From IMG/VR virus record IMGVR_UViG_3300027131_000001: DNA of 64,000 nucleotides. One strand, given 5' to 3'. Under the pieces are notes generated by a model. The model saw nothing but the letters and a program-made list of their open reading frames with translations, was not told the DNA's origin and searched no databases. This document shows, in pieces, positions 9,900 through 19,081 of this stretch (the first letter of the stretch is position 1; the number at the start of each line of letters is the position of its first letter). The DNA is from a virus. The translations under genes were made by a program, and so were the position numbers.

Positions 9900-10763
9900 T
9901 TACTTAGATTTCTTGTGTTTCAGTTTTGACTGATCAGCAGTTGCCGATGCACCAATTGATGCAAGGTCAGCAAGTGATCCACCAAAGATGTAGCTACCAA
10001 CGTGCTGCAATTGCATCCACGGGCAGAACCAAACCTTCAAACCCATCTTCTGCACGTTATAGCAGAACATATAGTCTTCAGACAAGTAACGCTTAGAGTC
10101 TGGATCGATGATACAATCGAACACAGCCATAATCTCACGAGTACCGTCAAAGTGCTCTGTGCGAACATGGTCAGGCTTGTACCACTGGTGTGGGAAAGCT
10201 TTGTGGTATTCTTCGATTGTCTTGCGACGAATCATCATAAAACCGGTACCAATCTCCAACACCTCTACTGGTTGATTAAGAGGAATCTCACGTGATGTGG
10301 TCTTTGGATTGAACACATAGTCACCAACATACTTCTCGAGGTTGTTGGGATCCTCATCAGCCATACCCTTATCAACTGCTTGCTTGATCTTTTCCCATGA
10401 AATACATTTCTTAGGATACGGGCCACCGATAACATCATACTCACTATCATCAGACTGCATTGCCAAAAGAGCAATAACGTCTTGTGGATTGAAGCCAATA
10501 TCAGCATCGATGAACATCAAATGAGTAGCACTAGAGCGCATGAACTCATCGACGCAGTAGTTACGAGCTCGTGTAATCAATGACTCATTGAACAAAAAGA
10601 ACAACTGCAACTGAATACCGTGCTTGGTACAGATAGCAGATAGGTCTGCAACAGACCGAGTAAACATACCAGCGCACTGGCCACCGTACATCGGAACAGC
10701 AAGAAACAGCTTACGCTTCTGCAGCTCTTCAATATTTACTTGTAACTTAAAACCTTCTGACAT
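9900..10763 (-). CDS. GT-A-fold glycosyltransferase-like protein
   Basis: PMYGG, ESLITRARN, HLMFIDADI (DxD), GTGFMMI, YLSEDY.FC, H.G motifs. Confidence 0.7.
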   Translation of the reverse strand: MSEGFKLQVNIEELQKRKLFLAVPMYGGQCAGMFTRSVADLSAICTKHGIQLQLFFLFNESLITRARNYCVDEFMRSSATHLMFIDADIGFNPQDVIALLAMQSDDSEYDVIGGPYPKKCISWEKIKQAVDKGMADEDPNNLEKYVGDYVFNPKTTSREIPLNQPVEVLEIGTGFMMIRRKTIEEYHKAFPHQWYKPDHVRTEHFDGTREIMAVFDCIIDPDSKRYLSEDYMFCYNVQKMGLKVWFCPWMQLQHVGSYIFGGSLADLASIGASATADQSKLKHKKSK

Positions 10764-10765
10764 AT

Positions 10766-11260
10766 TTACTCCTTAGTATATTTTTTATCATGCTCACTAT
10801 TCAAACCATATGACCCGTTGTATAGGGTCAATGCTTCTGCTTTAAAGAGTAGGAACTGAGCAACACGTGTCCCTTTCTTGATTCTAACTGGGCCACCTCG
10901 GACATGCATTGCACCAGCCATCACACCGCTGTAACCAGAGTCATACAGTCCTGATGTAATGAATACACCGTTACGGTTCAGAGTTGATCTTGTGATTACC
11001 CAACCAGCCTCATCTGGACCAATCGTGACGATGTTCTCCATCACAACTTCGTAAGTGCCTTCTGCAATATGGTACCAGCCATCATCTGGCACTATCTCAC
11101 TTGTTCCTCTGTGCTTCTTATCTGTTTCACTAATCTCAAACGTATTATTATTGATTGTAAATACTTTACCAAGTCTCAGATCAATAGCATTAGGCTGGCT
11201 ATCGCCATCCTGTACAGCTGTTAATCTGGAGTTTGAGTTCTCACCCAATATATGAATCAT
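10766..11260 (-). CDS. dCTP deaminase / trimeric dUTPase family
   Basis: QPNAIDLRL, RSTLNRNG, YDSGYSG, RVAQ, YNGSY. Confidence 0.85.
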   Translation of the reverse strand: MIHILGENSNSRLTAVQDGDSQPNAIDLRLGKVFTINNNTFEISETDKKHRGTSEIVPDDGWYHIAEGTYEVVMENIVTIGPDEAGWVITRSTLNRNGVFITSGLYDSGYSGVMAGAMHVRGGPVRIKKGTRVAQFLLFKAEALTLYNGSYGLNSEHDKKYTKE

Positions 11261-11535
11261 AATATTGTCCCTTCCCGCTCTGGATCATCAGCGTACATAA
11301 TTAACATAATATAATGAACTGCTTTCAGCAAATCTTTCTTGTTCTTACCAGCCTTCTTACCGTACCGGCAAAGATACTTTATTGCAGTATCTCTAGCAGT
11401 CGTGTCTAGCGAGTCCATCGATTCCCAGATATCAATTACTTGAATATCTTTTGCAACGTAGTGCTCGCCATAAGTTCCATCAATATAGTCAGCAACCTGT
11501 CTTAAATACTTTGCTTCATTGTATTTGTGAGTCAT
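11257..11535 (-). CDS. DUF3310-like conserved phage protein (start MTHKYNE)
   Basis: TYGEHY...AIKYLCRYGKK...DLLKAVHY. Confidence 0.75.
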   Translation of the reverse strand: MTHKYNEAKYLRQVADYIDGTYGEHYVAKDIQVIDIWESMDSLDTTARDTAIKYLCRYGKKAGKNKKDLLKAVHYIMLIMYADDPEREGTIL

Positions 11536-12413
11536 AGAGGATCTTCTTCCCAAGTATAGGCCTCAATTGGATCGGCCAAGTAAATTGAAACTAACTCGTC
11601 TATTGTCTCTTTATTTGATGTTGCAGTCAACATTGCTTGCTTAGAAGATGTACGGAAATGGAAATCGACTTCTTCTTCGTACTTCCCTTCAAGTATTCCT
11701 GTTGGTGAATCATCAAAGAACTTATTGGCATGTAGGCCGTACCAGATAGCTGCACTACTATCCCAAGTATCAATATAGTCAGCAAACTGAGACATCAAAC
11801 GAATCTCGTTAGGACCATCTAACATACCTAGTAGGTGAATCTTCTTACCATTTGTTTTAGCAATATCAAGGATGCCGGAGTCATGTAAGTCTTGCATGAA
11901 CATAAACCGACTAACAAACCGTTGCAGTTTGTTTCCTTTTTCGACTCCGTATGCATTCGGAATAGAAAGAATTGATACACCGATATAATCAACCGCATCA
12001 GACTGAGCAGCCCAGTTGAATGATGCAAATAGATCTTCCGGATCACCAATCTTTGATTGAGGACAGAAGAATGTACCGAATCCTTTTTCTTTCAAGATTG
12101 GTGCCATTATACTTGCTGCATTGATTGTCTTGGCACCCTTCTCATTAGGATAATCAGACATGACAACATAATCAGCACCTACCCGTTGAGCCATAGTAAC
12201 GAGTTGAACTGAATCATACATTGGACGACCTTGCTTGTACATCTCAAACGCAGAGTTATCAAGAATGATTGTAGAGTCATTCTTCTTTTCGTTGATGTAA
12301 AAGTTGGTATACTCTTCACTCGTCTCGACTAGGTGAGCAAGTGTTAGGTGAGCTGGTGCGCCAGATACGAGATCTAAATGAGGGATGGGGGCAATGTGAC
12401 AAAAACTAGCCAT
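11532..12413 (-). CDS. TGT-fold protein, candidate DpdA-type 7-deazaguanine DNA-modification enzyme
   Basis: ILDNSAFE, IHLLG and DTWDSS resemble TGT/DpdA motifs; adjacent to a QueD-like gene and near folE. Confidence 0.6.
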   Translation of the reverse strand: MASFCHIAPIPHLDLVSGAPAHLTLAHLVETSEEYTNFYINEKKNDSTIILDNSAFEMYKQGRPMYDSVQLVTMAQRVGADYVVMSDYPNEKGAKTINAASIMAPILKEKGFGTFFCPQSKIGDPEDLFASFNWAAQSDAVDYIGVSILSIPNAYGVEKGNKLQRFVSRFMFMQDLHDSGILDIAKTNGKKIHLLGMLDGPNEIRLMSQFADYIDTWDSSAAIWYGLHANKFFDDSPTGILEGKYEEEVDFHFRTSSKQAMLTATSNKETIDELVSIYLADPIEAYTWEEDPL

Positions 12414-12415
12414 AA

Positions 12416-12793
12416 TTATTTCCAATCATCATAAACATTACTAAAATATACACGGCAACCATTCTCACCGTCCTCACTCACTTCAATCCGGATATCACGT
12501 CTCGGATAGTTCTCTTTAATATAGACTGCAAGTTCACTTGCTAACATCTCACAAGACATATGATTAAGTTGCAATGTGCCTTTATTATATAGGCTTTCAA
12601 GCTCACGTTTCAGCAAAATAAATTCTACATCTCTATCATCATGGAACACCTCTAACTCCACTCTGAAGTGGAAGATATGGCGGTGTTCATTTCCCAAGAA
12701 TGATACTGCGGCGAGCTTGGGATCAGTTGCTGCAGCTGGATACTTGTGAATTCCTTCCTTCTGGAACGTAACCCAAATAAATGATTTAGTCAT
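12416..12793 (-). CDS. Second QueD-like T-fold protein (DpdL-like candidate)
   Basis: H..P...HRHIFH, DRDVEF, SCEMLA, VSEDGENG; divergent from the canonical QueD at 26853. Confidence 0.65.
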   Translation of the reverse strand: MTKSFIWVTFQKEGIHKYPAAATDPKLAAVSFLGNEHRHIFHFRVELEVFHDDRDVEFILLKRELESLYNKGTLQLNHMSCEMLASELAVYIKENYPRRDIRIEVSEDGENGCRVYFSNVYDDWK

Positions 12794-13252
12794 TTATCCA
12801 ACCTTTCTTTTGCTTATGAAGTCTAGTTTGTGACGTGTAGTCACTTCAAACAAACCATCACGAAGATGTCCGTTGTCTCGTAACCACTTAATCATATCTT
12901 CGCGAGCATACCACGCAATCCAACCAGTTTCAACACAAACGTGACAGATCCGATCACTAGTTTTTTTAGCTGCGCGCAACCATCCATCTGGTTTTGTTTC
13001 CACATAGAATGTTCCGTACTTGTTCATATTTGACTTAACGTCTATGGAATAGAAGTTCTTCCAAGTTGGTTTCTTGATCTCAACATCAATACCATGCTTC
13101 TGACTATCGAAGTCTGATTCGCGATCAATCACTTCATATCCCCATCCAGTGAAAGCTTCAATCACAAGCAATTCAGCTTGACGAGCTTTCTTAACCCCAT
13201 CTCCAAATGCCTCAACAAGAGTAGGTGTCCATTTTTTAGTCAATCGTTTCAT
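12794..13252 (-). CDS. Putative PD-(D/E)xK nuclease-like protein (start MKRL)
   Basis: AE...QKHGID...IDVK pattern; GGAG SD before ATG 13252. Confidence 0.55.
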   Translation of the reverse strand: MKRLTKKWTPTLVEAFGDGVKKARQAELLVIEAFTGWGYEVIDRESDFDSQKHGIDVEIKKPTWKNFYSIDVKSNMNKYGTFYVETKPDGWLRAAKKTSDRICHVCVETGWIAWYAREDMIKWLRDNGHLRDGLFEVTTRHKLDFISKRKVG

Positions 13253-13267
13253 ACTAATCTCCATAAT

Positions 13268-13300
13268 AAAAAAAAGCCAGCCCAAGTAAAAAGGGCTGGC
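13268..13300 (-). terminator. Intrinsic terminator
   Basis: GCCAGCCC-loop-GGGCTGGC followed by T8. Confidence 0.85.
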
Positions 13301-13317
13301 ACATTCAATTTACCAAA

Positions 13318-13560
13318 TTAGGCAAATGCTGAGGAACCACCAGCTGCATATGCCAACGCAACCATACGGCGTGATGGAGTACCCATACGGAATGCTGTCT
13401 TGCCATTCTTAGTTTTGTTGGTGTAGATTGAGTACCCTTGGCTACGCAGTTCAGAAACGCGTGCTGATAGGTTAGTTACACCGAACAAGCCAGATGCTTG
13501 TTTAGGAGTAATCTCTTTACCAGATTTGAAGAAGCTAATCAATTTTTCATGCTGTGTCAT
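13318..13560 (-). CDS. Winged-helix DNA-binding protein (start MTQHEK)
   Basis: ITPKQASGLFGVTNLSARVSELRSQGYSI HTH pattern. Confidence 0.75.
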   Translation of the reverse strand: MTQHEKLISFFKSGKEITPKQASGLFGVTNLSARVSELRSQGYSIYTNKTKNGKTAFRMGTPSRRMVALAYAAGGSSAFA

Positions 13561-13583
13561 ATTATTTCCTTTAAAGTTAAAAA

Positions 13584-13793
13584 TCAAATCACCGGATCAC
13601 CGTCTCGTAGAAAGAGATTAGATGCCAAGAAGTCGAGACGTTTAGATGAGGTAGTGGTATTAACCTCATCAATGAACTGCTGGATCTTGTCCTTGTGTTG
13701 AAACTGATCTAATAAGACGAGCATTGCACTCTTCTTAGTTTCAAGACTTTTTGCAGCCCATACTTCTTTAGCAAATGTTGATAAATCTCTCAT
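13584..13793 (-). CDS. Hypothetical protein
   Basis: 69-aa ORF directly downstream of a promoter (possibly leaderless). Confidence 0.6.
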   Translation of the reverse strand: MRDLSTFAKEVWAAKSLETKKSAMLVLLDQFQHKDKIQQFIDEVNTTTSSKRLDFLASNLFLRDGDPVI

Positions 13794-13799
13794 TCGACT

Positions 13800-13828
13800 A
13801 GTATACTATGACCAAAGTATCAAGTCAA
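13800..13828 (-). promoter_or_regulatory. Sigma70-type promoter
   Basis: TTGACT-N17-TATACT. Confidence 0.7.
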
Positions 13829-14508
13829 CGCTTCATTGCTTGCAAGTTAATATTTGCAAAGAATTCTTGTTTAACGCTATCATTATGGAATAGACCGTGA
13901 ACAACTGATGTCTGGGTCATTGATGAATGAGCCATCACACCTCTATTATCCATACATCCGTGAGTAGCTTCAATATAGACTCCAACGTTTTCTGTATCAG
14001 TTGACTTCATAATCTCACGTGCAATCTGGTTAACCAGTTCTTCTTGTAACTGGCCACGACGACTGCACCATTGTGCAATACGAACATACTTGGAGAGTCC
14101 AATCACACGACCAGTAGGAATAATACCAATGTAGCAAATACCCTTAACAGGCTGGTGATGATGTGAACACATTGAGCGAAGCTCAGCACGTGCAACAAGC
14201 ATTCCCTCGAACCGGTTCTCACCTTCGTTAGGGAATGATGTTGTATCGGGTGCAGGCTCAAACCTTCCGGCCATCAGCTCATAGACATACATCTTAGCAA
14301 GACGCTTTGCGGTATCTTTAGAGTTAGGATCGTTGTCTGTGTCGATAAGAAGGGAGCTAAGGACGCCTTGAAACTTACCCGCTAGCTCATTTATTAGCTC
14401 ACCTTTTGCTTCCTCAGGAACATACTTAGAAATATTATCACAAGCAAAGAACCGGTGGCCATCACTCTTCATCTTATCACGAATCACATCAGACAAATAT
14501 TTACTCAT
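13825..14508 (-). CDS. folE: GTP cyclohydrolase I
   Basis: SMCSHHH, IGLSKY.R, QLQEEL, HGCM..RGV motifs. Confidence 0.96.
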   Translation of the reverse strand: MSKYLSDVIRDKMKSDGHRFFACDNISKYVPEEAKGELINELAGKFQGVLSSLLIDTDNDPNSKDTAKRLAKMYVYELMAGRFEPAPDTTSFPNEGENRFEGMLVARAELRSMCSHHHQPVKGICYIGIIPTGRVIGLSKYVRIAQWCSRRGQLQEELVNQIAREIMKSTDTENVGVYIEATHGCMDNRGVMAHSSMTQTSVVHGLFHNDSVKQEFFANINLQAMKR

Positions 14509-14525
14509 TACAATCCTTCTTTAAA

Positions 14526-15089
14526 TTAAACCGATGCCCACACTCTACTATGTTTAGGTATAAAGTTCAACAGAAACTTCATCTGGTCTGCTAATATATT
14601 TCTGTTCTGCAAGACGAGTGCTTCGGCTCTATCAGGAACATACGGAATGTAACCAAGAAGCATATTAGCTTCTTCTGGTGTTCTATCGTCCTTTTTACCG
14701 TTACATTTCTTGCAAGCTGTTACACAGTTCATCCATGAGGTTGGGCCACCTCTTGATTCTGGATGGATGTGATCTTTGGTCAACTCTGTGTCCCCAAATG
14801 TCTTAATGCAATAAGCACAGGTATGTAAGTCTCTTCTAAACAGGTTTCTGTTAGAGAAGACTGGGGTTCTTTTTTCGTATCTAAATTTTGATTTGAGAGC
14901 AATGATTGAAGAGACTTCAACCTGAGACTGTAGACCGGTCATACGAGAGATGCCACCTCTAATAGTGTACTCTTCTTCACCAAACTCCCATGCAATTAAT
15001 CCTTTGCATTTAAGCAAAACTGCATCTTGCCAGCTCATCCAATTGTTTGGATATCCGGTACTATCAAGTGTAAGGATTAAGTTTCTCAT
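14526..15089 (-). CDS. HNH endonuclease
   Basis: RDLHTCAYC...DHIHPESRGG...WMNCVTACKKCN..K. Confidence 0.92.
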   Translation of the reverse strand: MRNLILTLDSTGYPNNWMSWQDAVLLKCKGLIAWEFGEEEYTIRGGISRMTGLQSQVEVSSIIALKSKFRYEKRTPVFSNRNLFRRDLHTCAYCIKTFGDTELTKDHIHPESRGGPTSWMNCVTACKKCNGKKDDRTPEEANMLLGYIPYVPDRAEALVLQNRNILADQMKFLLNFIPKHSRVWASV

Positions 15090-15103
15090 AATAGTCTACA
15101 TAG

Positions 15104-15177
15104 TGGAGCGGGGTAGGAGAATCGAACTCCTCGCTTTAGCTTGGAAGGCTAAGGTATTGCCACTATACGAACCCCGC
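15104..15177 (-). tRNA. tRNA-Gly(TCC)
   Basis: Cloverleaf, loop CTTCCAA, TTCGA, CCA end. Confidence 0.95.
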
Positions 15178-15178
15178 A

Positions 15179-15286
15179 TTATTTCTTTTCTTCTTTTTTC
15201 TTCTTACCGAAGATCTTTTCATAGTTCTCGTTGTACTTATCTTTGTCTGTAGGCCTTTGTTTAGACCCCTTACCACCATCCGACAT
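15179..15286 (-). CDS. 35-aa basic peptide MSDGGKGSKQRPTDKDKYNENYEKIFGKKKKEEKK (not in ORF track)
   Basis: AGGAG SD, ATG...TAA, fills the gap between two tRNAs. Confidence 0.75.
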   Translation of the reverse strand: MSDGGKGSKQRPTDKDKYNENYEKIFGKKKKEEKK

Positions 15287-15301
15287 ACTCACTCCTAATA
15301 C

Positions 15302-15377
15302 TGGTCCGGCGTACAGGAATCGAACCCATATTCAAGGTGTAGAAGACCTTTGCATTATCCATTATACTAACGCCGGA
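15302..15377 (-). tRNA. tRNA-Arg(TCT)
   Basis: Loop CTTCTAC, TTCGA, CCA. Confidence 0.93.
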
Positions 15378-15393
15378 AATAATTTACTGGTTT

Positions 15394-15600
15394 TTAATTT
15401 AGTTTAGAGTCAAGAACAAACTCTTTTACATACTGTTCGTTTGTTTGATCTTTGACTAATTCAACATCGTTCAAATTGAATGTAATCAAGAATTCACCAT
15501 CCTCTGTATGTTCTACAGTGAAACATTTGATCTCATGGAAGTGTTGATATATCTCAACAAACTTTTTAATCTGATCACGGGTTAATTCCAACTTTGCCAT
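15394..15600 (-). CDS. Hypothetical protein
   Basis: 68 aa with AAGGAG SD. Confidence 0.7.
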   Translation of the reverse strand: MAKLELTRDQIKKFVEIYQHFHEIKCFTVEHTEDGEFLITFNLNDVELVKDQTNEQYVKEFVLDSKLN

Positions 15601-15612
15601 TACAATACTCCT

Positions 15613-15689
15613 TGGTGTGGGTAGTGGGACTCGAACCCACAGAACCCAGATTTTAAGTCTGGTACGTTTACCGATTACATCATACCCAC
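15613..15689 (-). tRNA. tRNA-Leu(TAA), short variable arm
   Basis: Loop CTTAAAA, TTCGA, CCA. Confidence 0.92.
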
Positions 15690-15695
15690 AACATG

Positions 15696-15724
15696 ATTAT
15701 ATAGTGAACAATCATATCAGTCAA
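15696..15724 (-). promoter_or_regulatory. Sigma70-type promoter inside the tRNA array
   Basis: TTGACT-N17-TATAAT. Confidence 0.8.
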
Positions 15725-15725
15725 C

Positions 15726-15800
15726 TGGTACCTGGACACGGTTTCGAACCGCGGACATCCCACTTGTAAGGAGGGCGCTCTACCCCTGAGCTATCCAGGC
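15726..15800 (-). tRNA. tRNA-Val(TAC)
   Basis: Loop CTTACAA, TTCGA, CCA. Confidence 0.93.
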
Positions 15801-15806
15801 AAAATT

Positions 15807-16319
15807 CTATGCAAAAACTGTATCAATATTATCAATGGTGATACCTCGATGTGCAAGCCAGTACATTCTGAGTATATGTCTCGACCTCGAAGGTTCTCTA
15901 ATTACAACTTTATGTATCTCGCGCGTACTGAGAACAACTAATTCTTTTGCTTTTGCTACAAAGCTATCTACCTGAACCAAATCTGACTCATCATAGAATG
16001 TCAGCTCAGGTAATCTAATACCGTCTTCATTTACTTTTTTATAAATGTAAGTTATATCATCATCACTAGCATCTAGATAATAATTCAATGCAACAGGCCA
16101 AAGATCATGATGGCAAGAGGTACCTGGGTATGATATTATTGTAAGATTAGCATTATCAGGCGGTATCTTAAATTTAAAACAATCTAGAAATTTTTGTTTA
16201 AGATATCTTTTGTCCAAGAAAGAATACTCTACAAACGGTCCACTTTTCCACTGCCCTTCACCACGGATCCGGTCAATATCCAAGTCTGGTATATCTATAT
16301 TAAGTTTTTTATACATCAT
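15807..16319 (-). CDS. Cupin/2OG-oxygenase-like hypothetical protein, paralog A
   Basis: HHD...WPVALNYY...IHKV...R.ILR; similar to the next ORF. Confidence 0.6.
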   Translation of the reverse strand: MMYKKLNIDIPDLDIDRIRGEGQWKSGPFVEYSFLDKRYLKQKFLDCFKFKIPPDNANLTIISYPGTSCHHDLWPVALNYYLDASDDDITYIYKKVNEDGIRLPELTFYDESDLVQVDSFVAKAKELVVLSTREIHKVVIREPSRSRHILRMYWLAHRGITIDNIDTVFA

Positions 16320-16870
16320 AAAAAATTATCATTGAAGTTATCAAATGTAACCCCTGACTCTATACTCCATGCCAATCTAATTTGTTTTCTAATTGTTTTA
16401 GGGTTGCTGATTGGTACAGCATGAACTCTATGTGTGTTAAGAAGATAAACATCACCAACATTAGGAACATATGATTCAGTATGAATTAAATCATCCGAAC
16501 TGTATCCTGTAGGGTTATAATTAGATGCTCCTCTTGGATCAATATGCACAACATGCTTTTTTTGTTTTAATTTATATTCAAATATTCGAGTCTCGCCTAC
16601 AACTCCAACTCCTAAGTCAATATAATAATTGAGTATAACAGGCCACGGATCACAATGAGCAAGTAATCCTGGATATCTCATTTCATGATAATGATATTGT
16701 GTAGGAAGTATTTTAAACTTGAATTTATCTATAAACGCCTTTTTAAAATACTTATAATCTAAAATATTATATTGTGTAAATGTATCATCTTTCCATTCTA
16801 CAATGCTACCTTTTATTCTAGCAATATCCAATGTACCAATGTCGATATCTAGTTTTTTAAATGATGGCAT
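16316..16870 (-). CDS. Cupin/2OG-oxygenase-like hypothetical protein, paralog B
   Basis: HCD.WPVILNYY...VHAV...RKQIR. Confidence 0.6.
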   Translation of the reverse strand: MPSFKKLDIDIGTLDIARIKGSIVEWKDDTFTQYNILDYKYFKKAFIDKFKFKILPTQYHYHEMRYPGLLAHCDPWPVILNYYIDLGVGVVGETRIFEYKLKQKKHVVHIDPRGASNYNPTGYSSDDLIHTESYVPNVGDVYLLNTHRVHAVPISNPKTIRKQIRLAWSIESGVTFDNFNDNFL

Positions 16871-16873
16871 TTA

Positions 16874-17701
16874 TTACCTATAATTAAATTTATCATACAG
16901 CGCTGTTGTAAGGATCTTTGGACCTTCACCTGTAGCGTCCATATGATCTGTATCAGCAAAGTGAATATCGTTAAACAATTCACTATTGAAGAAACTAACA
17001 GTGTCCTTGTAAAGATCTCTTGTTTTTCGAAAGAAAGTCATGTAAGGACCTTCAACAATATCAAACATTGCATTAACATAGTCAGATCTTGCTGGAGGAA
17101 TGACAATTGTCAATGTTAGGTTTCTACTCTTAACTTTATTAACAAAGTCTAAGAATATCTGATCGTAATTTGTCATTTGGCCAAACTGATAATGAGCTAG
17201 TACTCTTCGCGTTACACTATATTCAGCTGGTAAAATAACTTGACCATTGTTTGGAGTAAACCCTCTATAATTATCAATATCAAACCTAGCATTATTTAGC
17301 TGATCTCTAAGTGCTTTTTGTCTAATTGAGTAATAATCTTCATGGACTTGATACTTAACATTAAGTTTAAATATTTCATTTAGATATAAACTAATCCAAC
17401 CTTCATGCATGTCATATTGTATACACCAACCAGGAAAATAAATTGGGTAAAAGAATATAATGTTTTTTACATTAGGAAGAGAATCTATTACTTTATCATA
17501 CAATAAATCAACATGCTCCATATCTGCAGATCTAAAGCAAAGATTAAAAGAGTTTGAAAAATATCTTGGATCAAAACTTCCATCACCATGACTTGATCCA
17601 ATACACAACGTCTCAATATTAGAACTGTTTTCAATAAGCGATTCTCTTTTGGAAACTAATTGTTTACAATTGTCGTGAAAACGAAGAACTTCAAGATCCA
17701 T
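16874..17701 (-). CDS. SGNH-hydrolase-like hypothetical protein
   Basis: IGSSH near N-terminus and FADTDHM (DxxH) near C-terminus. Confidence 0.55.
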   Translation of the reverse strand: MDLEVLRFHDNCKQLVSKRESLIENSSNIETLCIGSSHGDGSFDPRYFSNSFNLCFRSADMEHVDLLYDKVIDSLPNVKNIIFFYPIYFPGWCIQYDMHEGWISLYLNEIFKLNVKYQVHEDYYSIRQKALRDQLNNARFDIDNYRGFTPNNGQVILPAEYSVTRRVLAHYQFGQMTNYDQIFLDFVNKVKSRNLTLTIVIPPARSDYVNAMFDIVEGPYMTFFRKTRDLYKDTVSFFNSELFNDIHFADTDHMDATGEGPKILTTALYDKFNYR

Positions 17702-17728
17702 AATGAACTTTCATTTGTTTGTTTAATT

Positions 17729-17865
17729 TGGTGGAGGGCATTCTTGAGGTCTCCCCATGAAGCAGATCACTGCTCACCTGTTACATCCCTCTTAGTACTG
17801 TTGCTTGCCCATAGGATTAGTGCACTACCTATGCGACTCATACTGGATAATGTAACTTACCCTCT
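17729..17865 (-). ncRNA. ~137-nt CCA-ending structured RNA with an acceptor-like stem
   Basis: 5' GAGGGTA pairs with 3' TGCCCTC-CACCA; several internal hairpins; no tRNA cloverleaf. Confidence 0.65.
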
Positions 17866-17870
17866 GCTCT

Positions 17871-17947
17871 TGGTGCCCCAGAGGAGACTCGAACTCCTAA
17901 AATTTGGTTTCTAAGACCAACACGTATACCAATTCCGTCACCGGGGC
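17871..17947 (-). tRNA. tRNA-Leu(TAG), short variable arm
   Basis: Loop CTTAGAA, TTCGA, CCA. Confidence 0.92.
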
Positions 17948-17956
17948 AATAATAAA

Positions 17957-18030
17957 TGGTCTCCGATGCAAGAATCGAACTTGCGCTCCTTGGTCCCAAA
18001 CCAAGAGTGATACCATTTCACCAATCGGAG
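17957..18030 (-). tRNA. tRNA-Pro(TGG)
   Basis: Loop TTTGGGA, TTCGA, CCA. Confidence 0.93.
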
Positions 18031-18038
18031 AAAATACT

Positions 18039-18112
18039 TGGTGCCCCACCATAGAATCGAACTATGTTTTGATGCTTACAAGGCAACTGTAATACCAATA
18101 TACTAGAAGGGC
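18039..18112 (-). tRNA. tRNA-Thr(TGT)
   Basis: Loop CTTGTAA, TTCGA, CCA. Confidence 0.92.
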
Positions 18113-18122
18113 AAAACTAAAC

Positions 18123-18197
18123 TGGCTCCCCAACGTGGGATCGAACCACGGACCAAATGATTAACAGTCATCTACTCTACCGCTGAGCTATTAGGGA
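18123..18197 (-). tRNA. tRNA-Asn(GTT)
   Basis: Loop CTGTTAA, TTCGA, GCCA. Confidence 0.95.
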
Positions 18198-18199
18198 AT

Positions 18200-19066
18200 T
18201 TAAACTTCTATAAACTGGAGTTTGAAGTTATCAGCTTCTGGCTCGTAATTTATATATCCTCTCGGATTACACACAATACGCGTGCTACCGATCATATAAT
18301 CAAACTTATGATGAGTGTGGCCATGAGTCCACAATTTGATTTGTGGGTGGTCTAGAATAAATTCAGACAAGTCTGAACTGTATCCCCCATTCATAATTAC
18401 TTCATCCTCATACTGAGGTTTGGTTGACAATTTACTCGGAGAGTGATGGCCAACAACAACAAATTTCTGATCGAACTTACCTTCAATCATTATACGAATG
18501 TAGTCAAGCATTGCTCTATGATCTACAACAGCATCTTCTGGTGTAAACATGGCAGCTCTTGTTTTGAATTGAGGATTATTATTCTCATCAAAAATCTTGT
18601 AGTTGACTACATTCTTGCTGTTTTTCACACAACGAAAGTCATTCATCATTCCCTTCATCTGCATCAATGTAATCGCGTCTTCTTTATTCATATCAGTCCA
18701 CAATGTACCACCAATAAATGATACACCGCCCAACTGAACCATCTGCTTATCTAATATATGAAGATTAGCCAGATAACCAAGCCGATCACGGAGAACTGTA
18801 ACAGTGTCATTGTAATCACCGTGATAATGTTCGTGGTTTCCCATAACATAAACGACTTGTGGAAATCGTAGACAGCATTCTTGAAAGAACTGATGTATTG
18901 AGCTATTGCGGTCAAACCTGTCAAATATTCCATATACATCCCTATCCATTACATCTTTAGCAACACAGATGTCACCTGATAGAATCAAGACATCTGCACC
19001 CTCTGTATTCTCTAATGAAATAGGTCCAAACTCTAAATGGACATCACTAGCTAATGCAACTTTCAT
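18200..19066 (-). CDS. Calcineurin-like metallophosphoesterase
   Basis: SDVHLE, GDI, GNHE, GHHSP, HGHTH, NPRGY. Confidence 0.92.
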   Translation of the reverse strand: MKVALASDVHLEFGPISLENTEGADVLILSGDICVAKDVMDRDVYGIFDRFDRNSSIHQFFQECCLRFPQVVYVMGNHEHYHGDYNDTVTVLRDRLGYLANLHILDKQMVQLGGVSFIGGTLWTDMNKEDAITLMQMKGMMNDFRCVKNSKNVVNYKIFDENNNPQFKTRAAMFTPEDAVVDHRAMLDYIRIMIEGKFDQKFVVVGHHSPSKLSTKPQYEDEVIMNGGYSSDLSEFILDHPQIKLWTHGHTHHKFDYMIGSTRIVCNPRGYINYEPEADNFKLQFIEV

Positions 19067-19081
19067 TCGTTACTCCTTACT

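Noticed and set aside
14526-15089. HNH as an intron-borne homing endonuclease
   Set aside because: It is free-standing. Neighbouring folE and the core genes gp43, gp17 and gp20 are uninterrupted, with no intron or intein evident.
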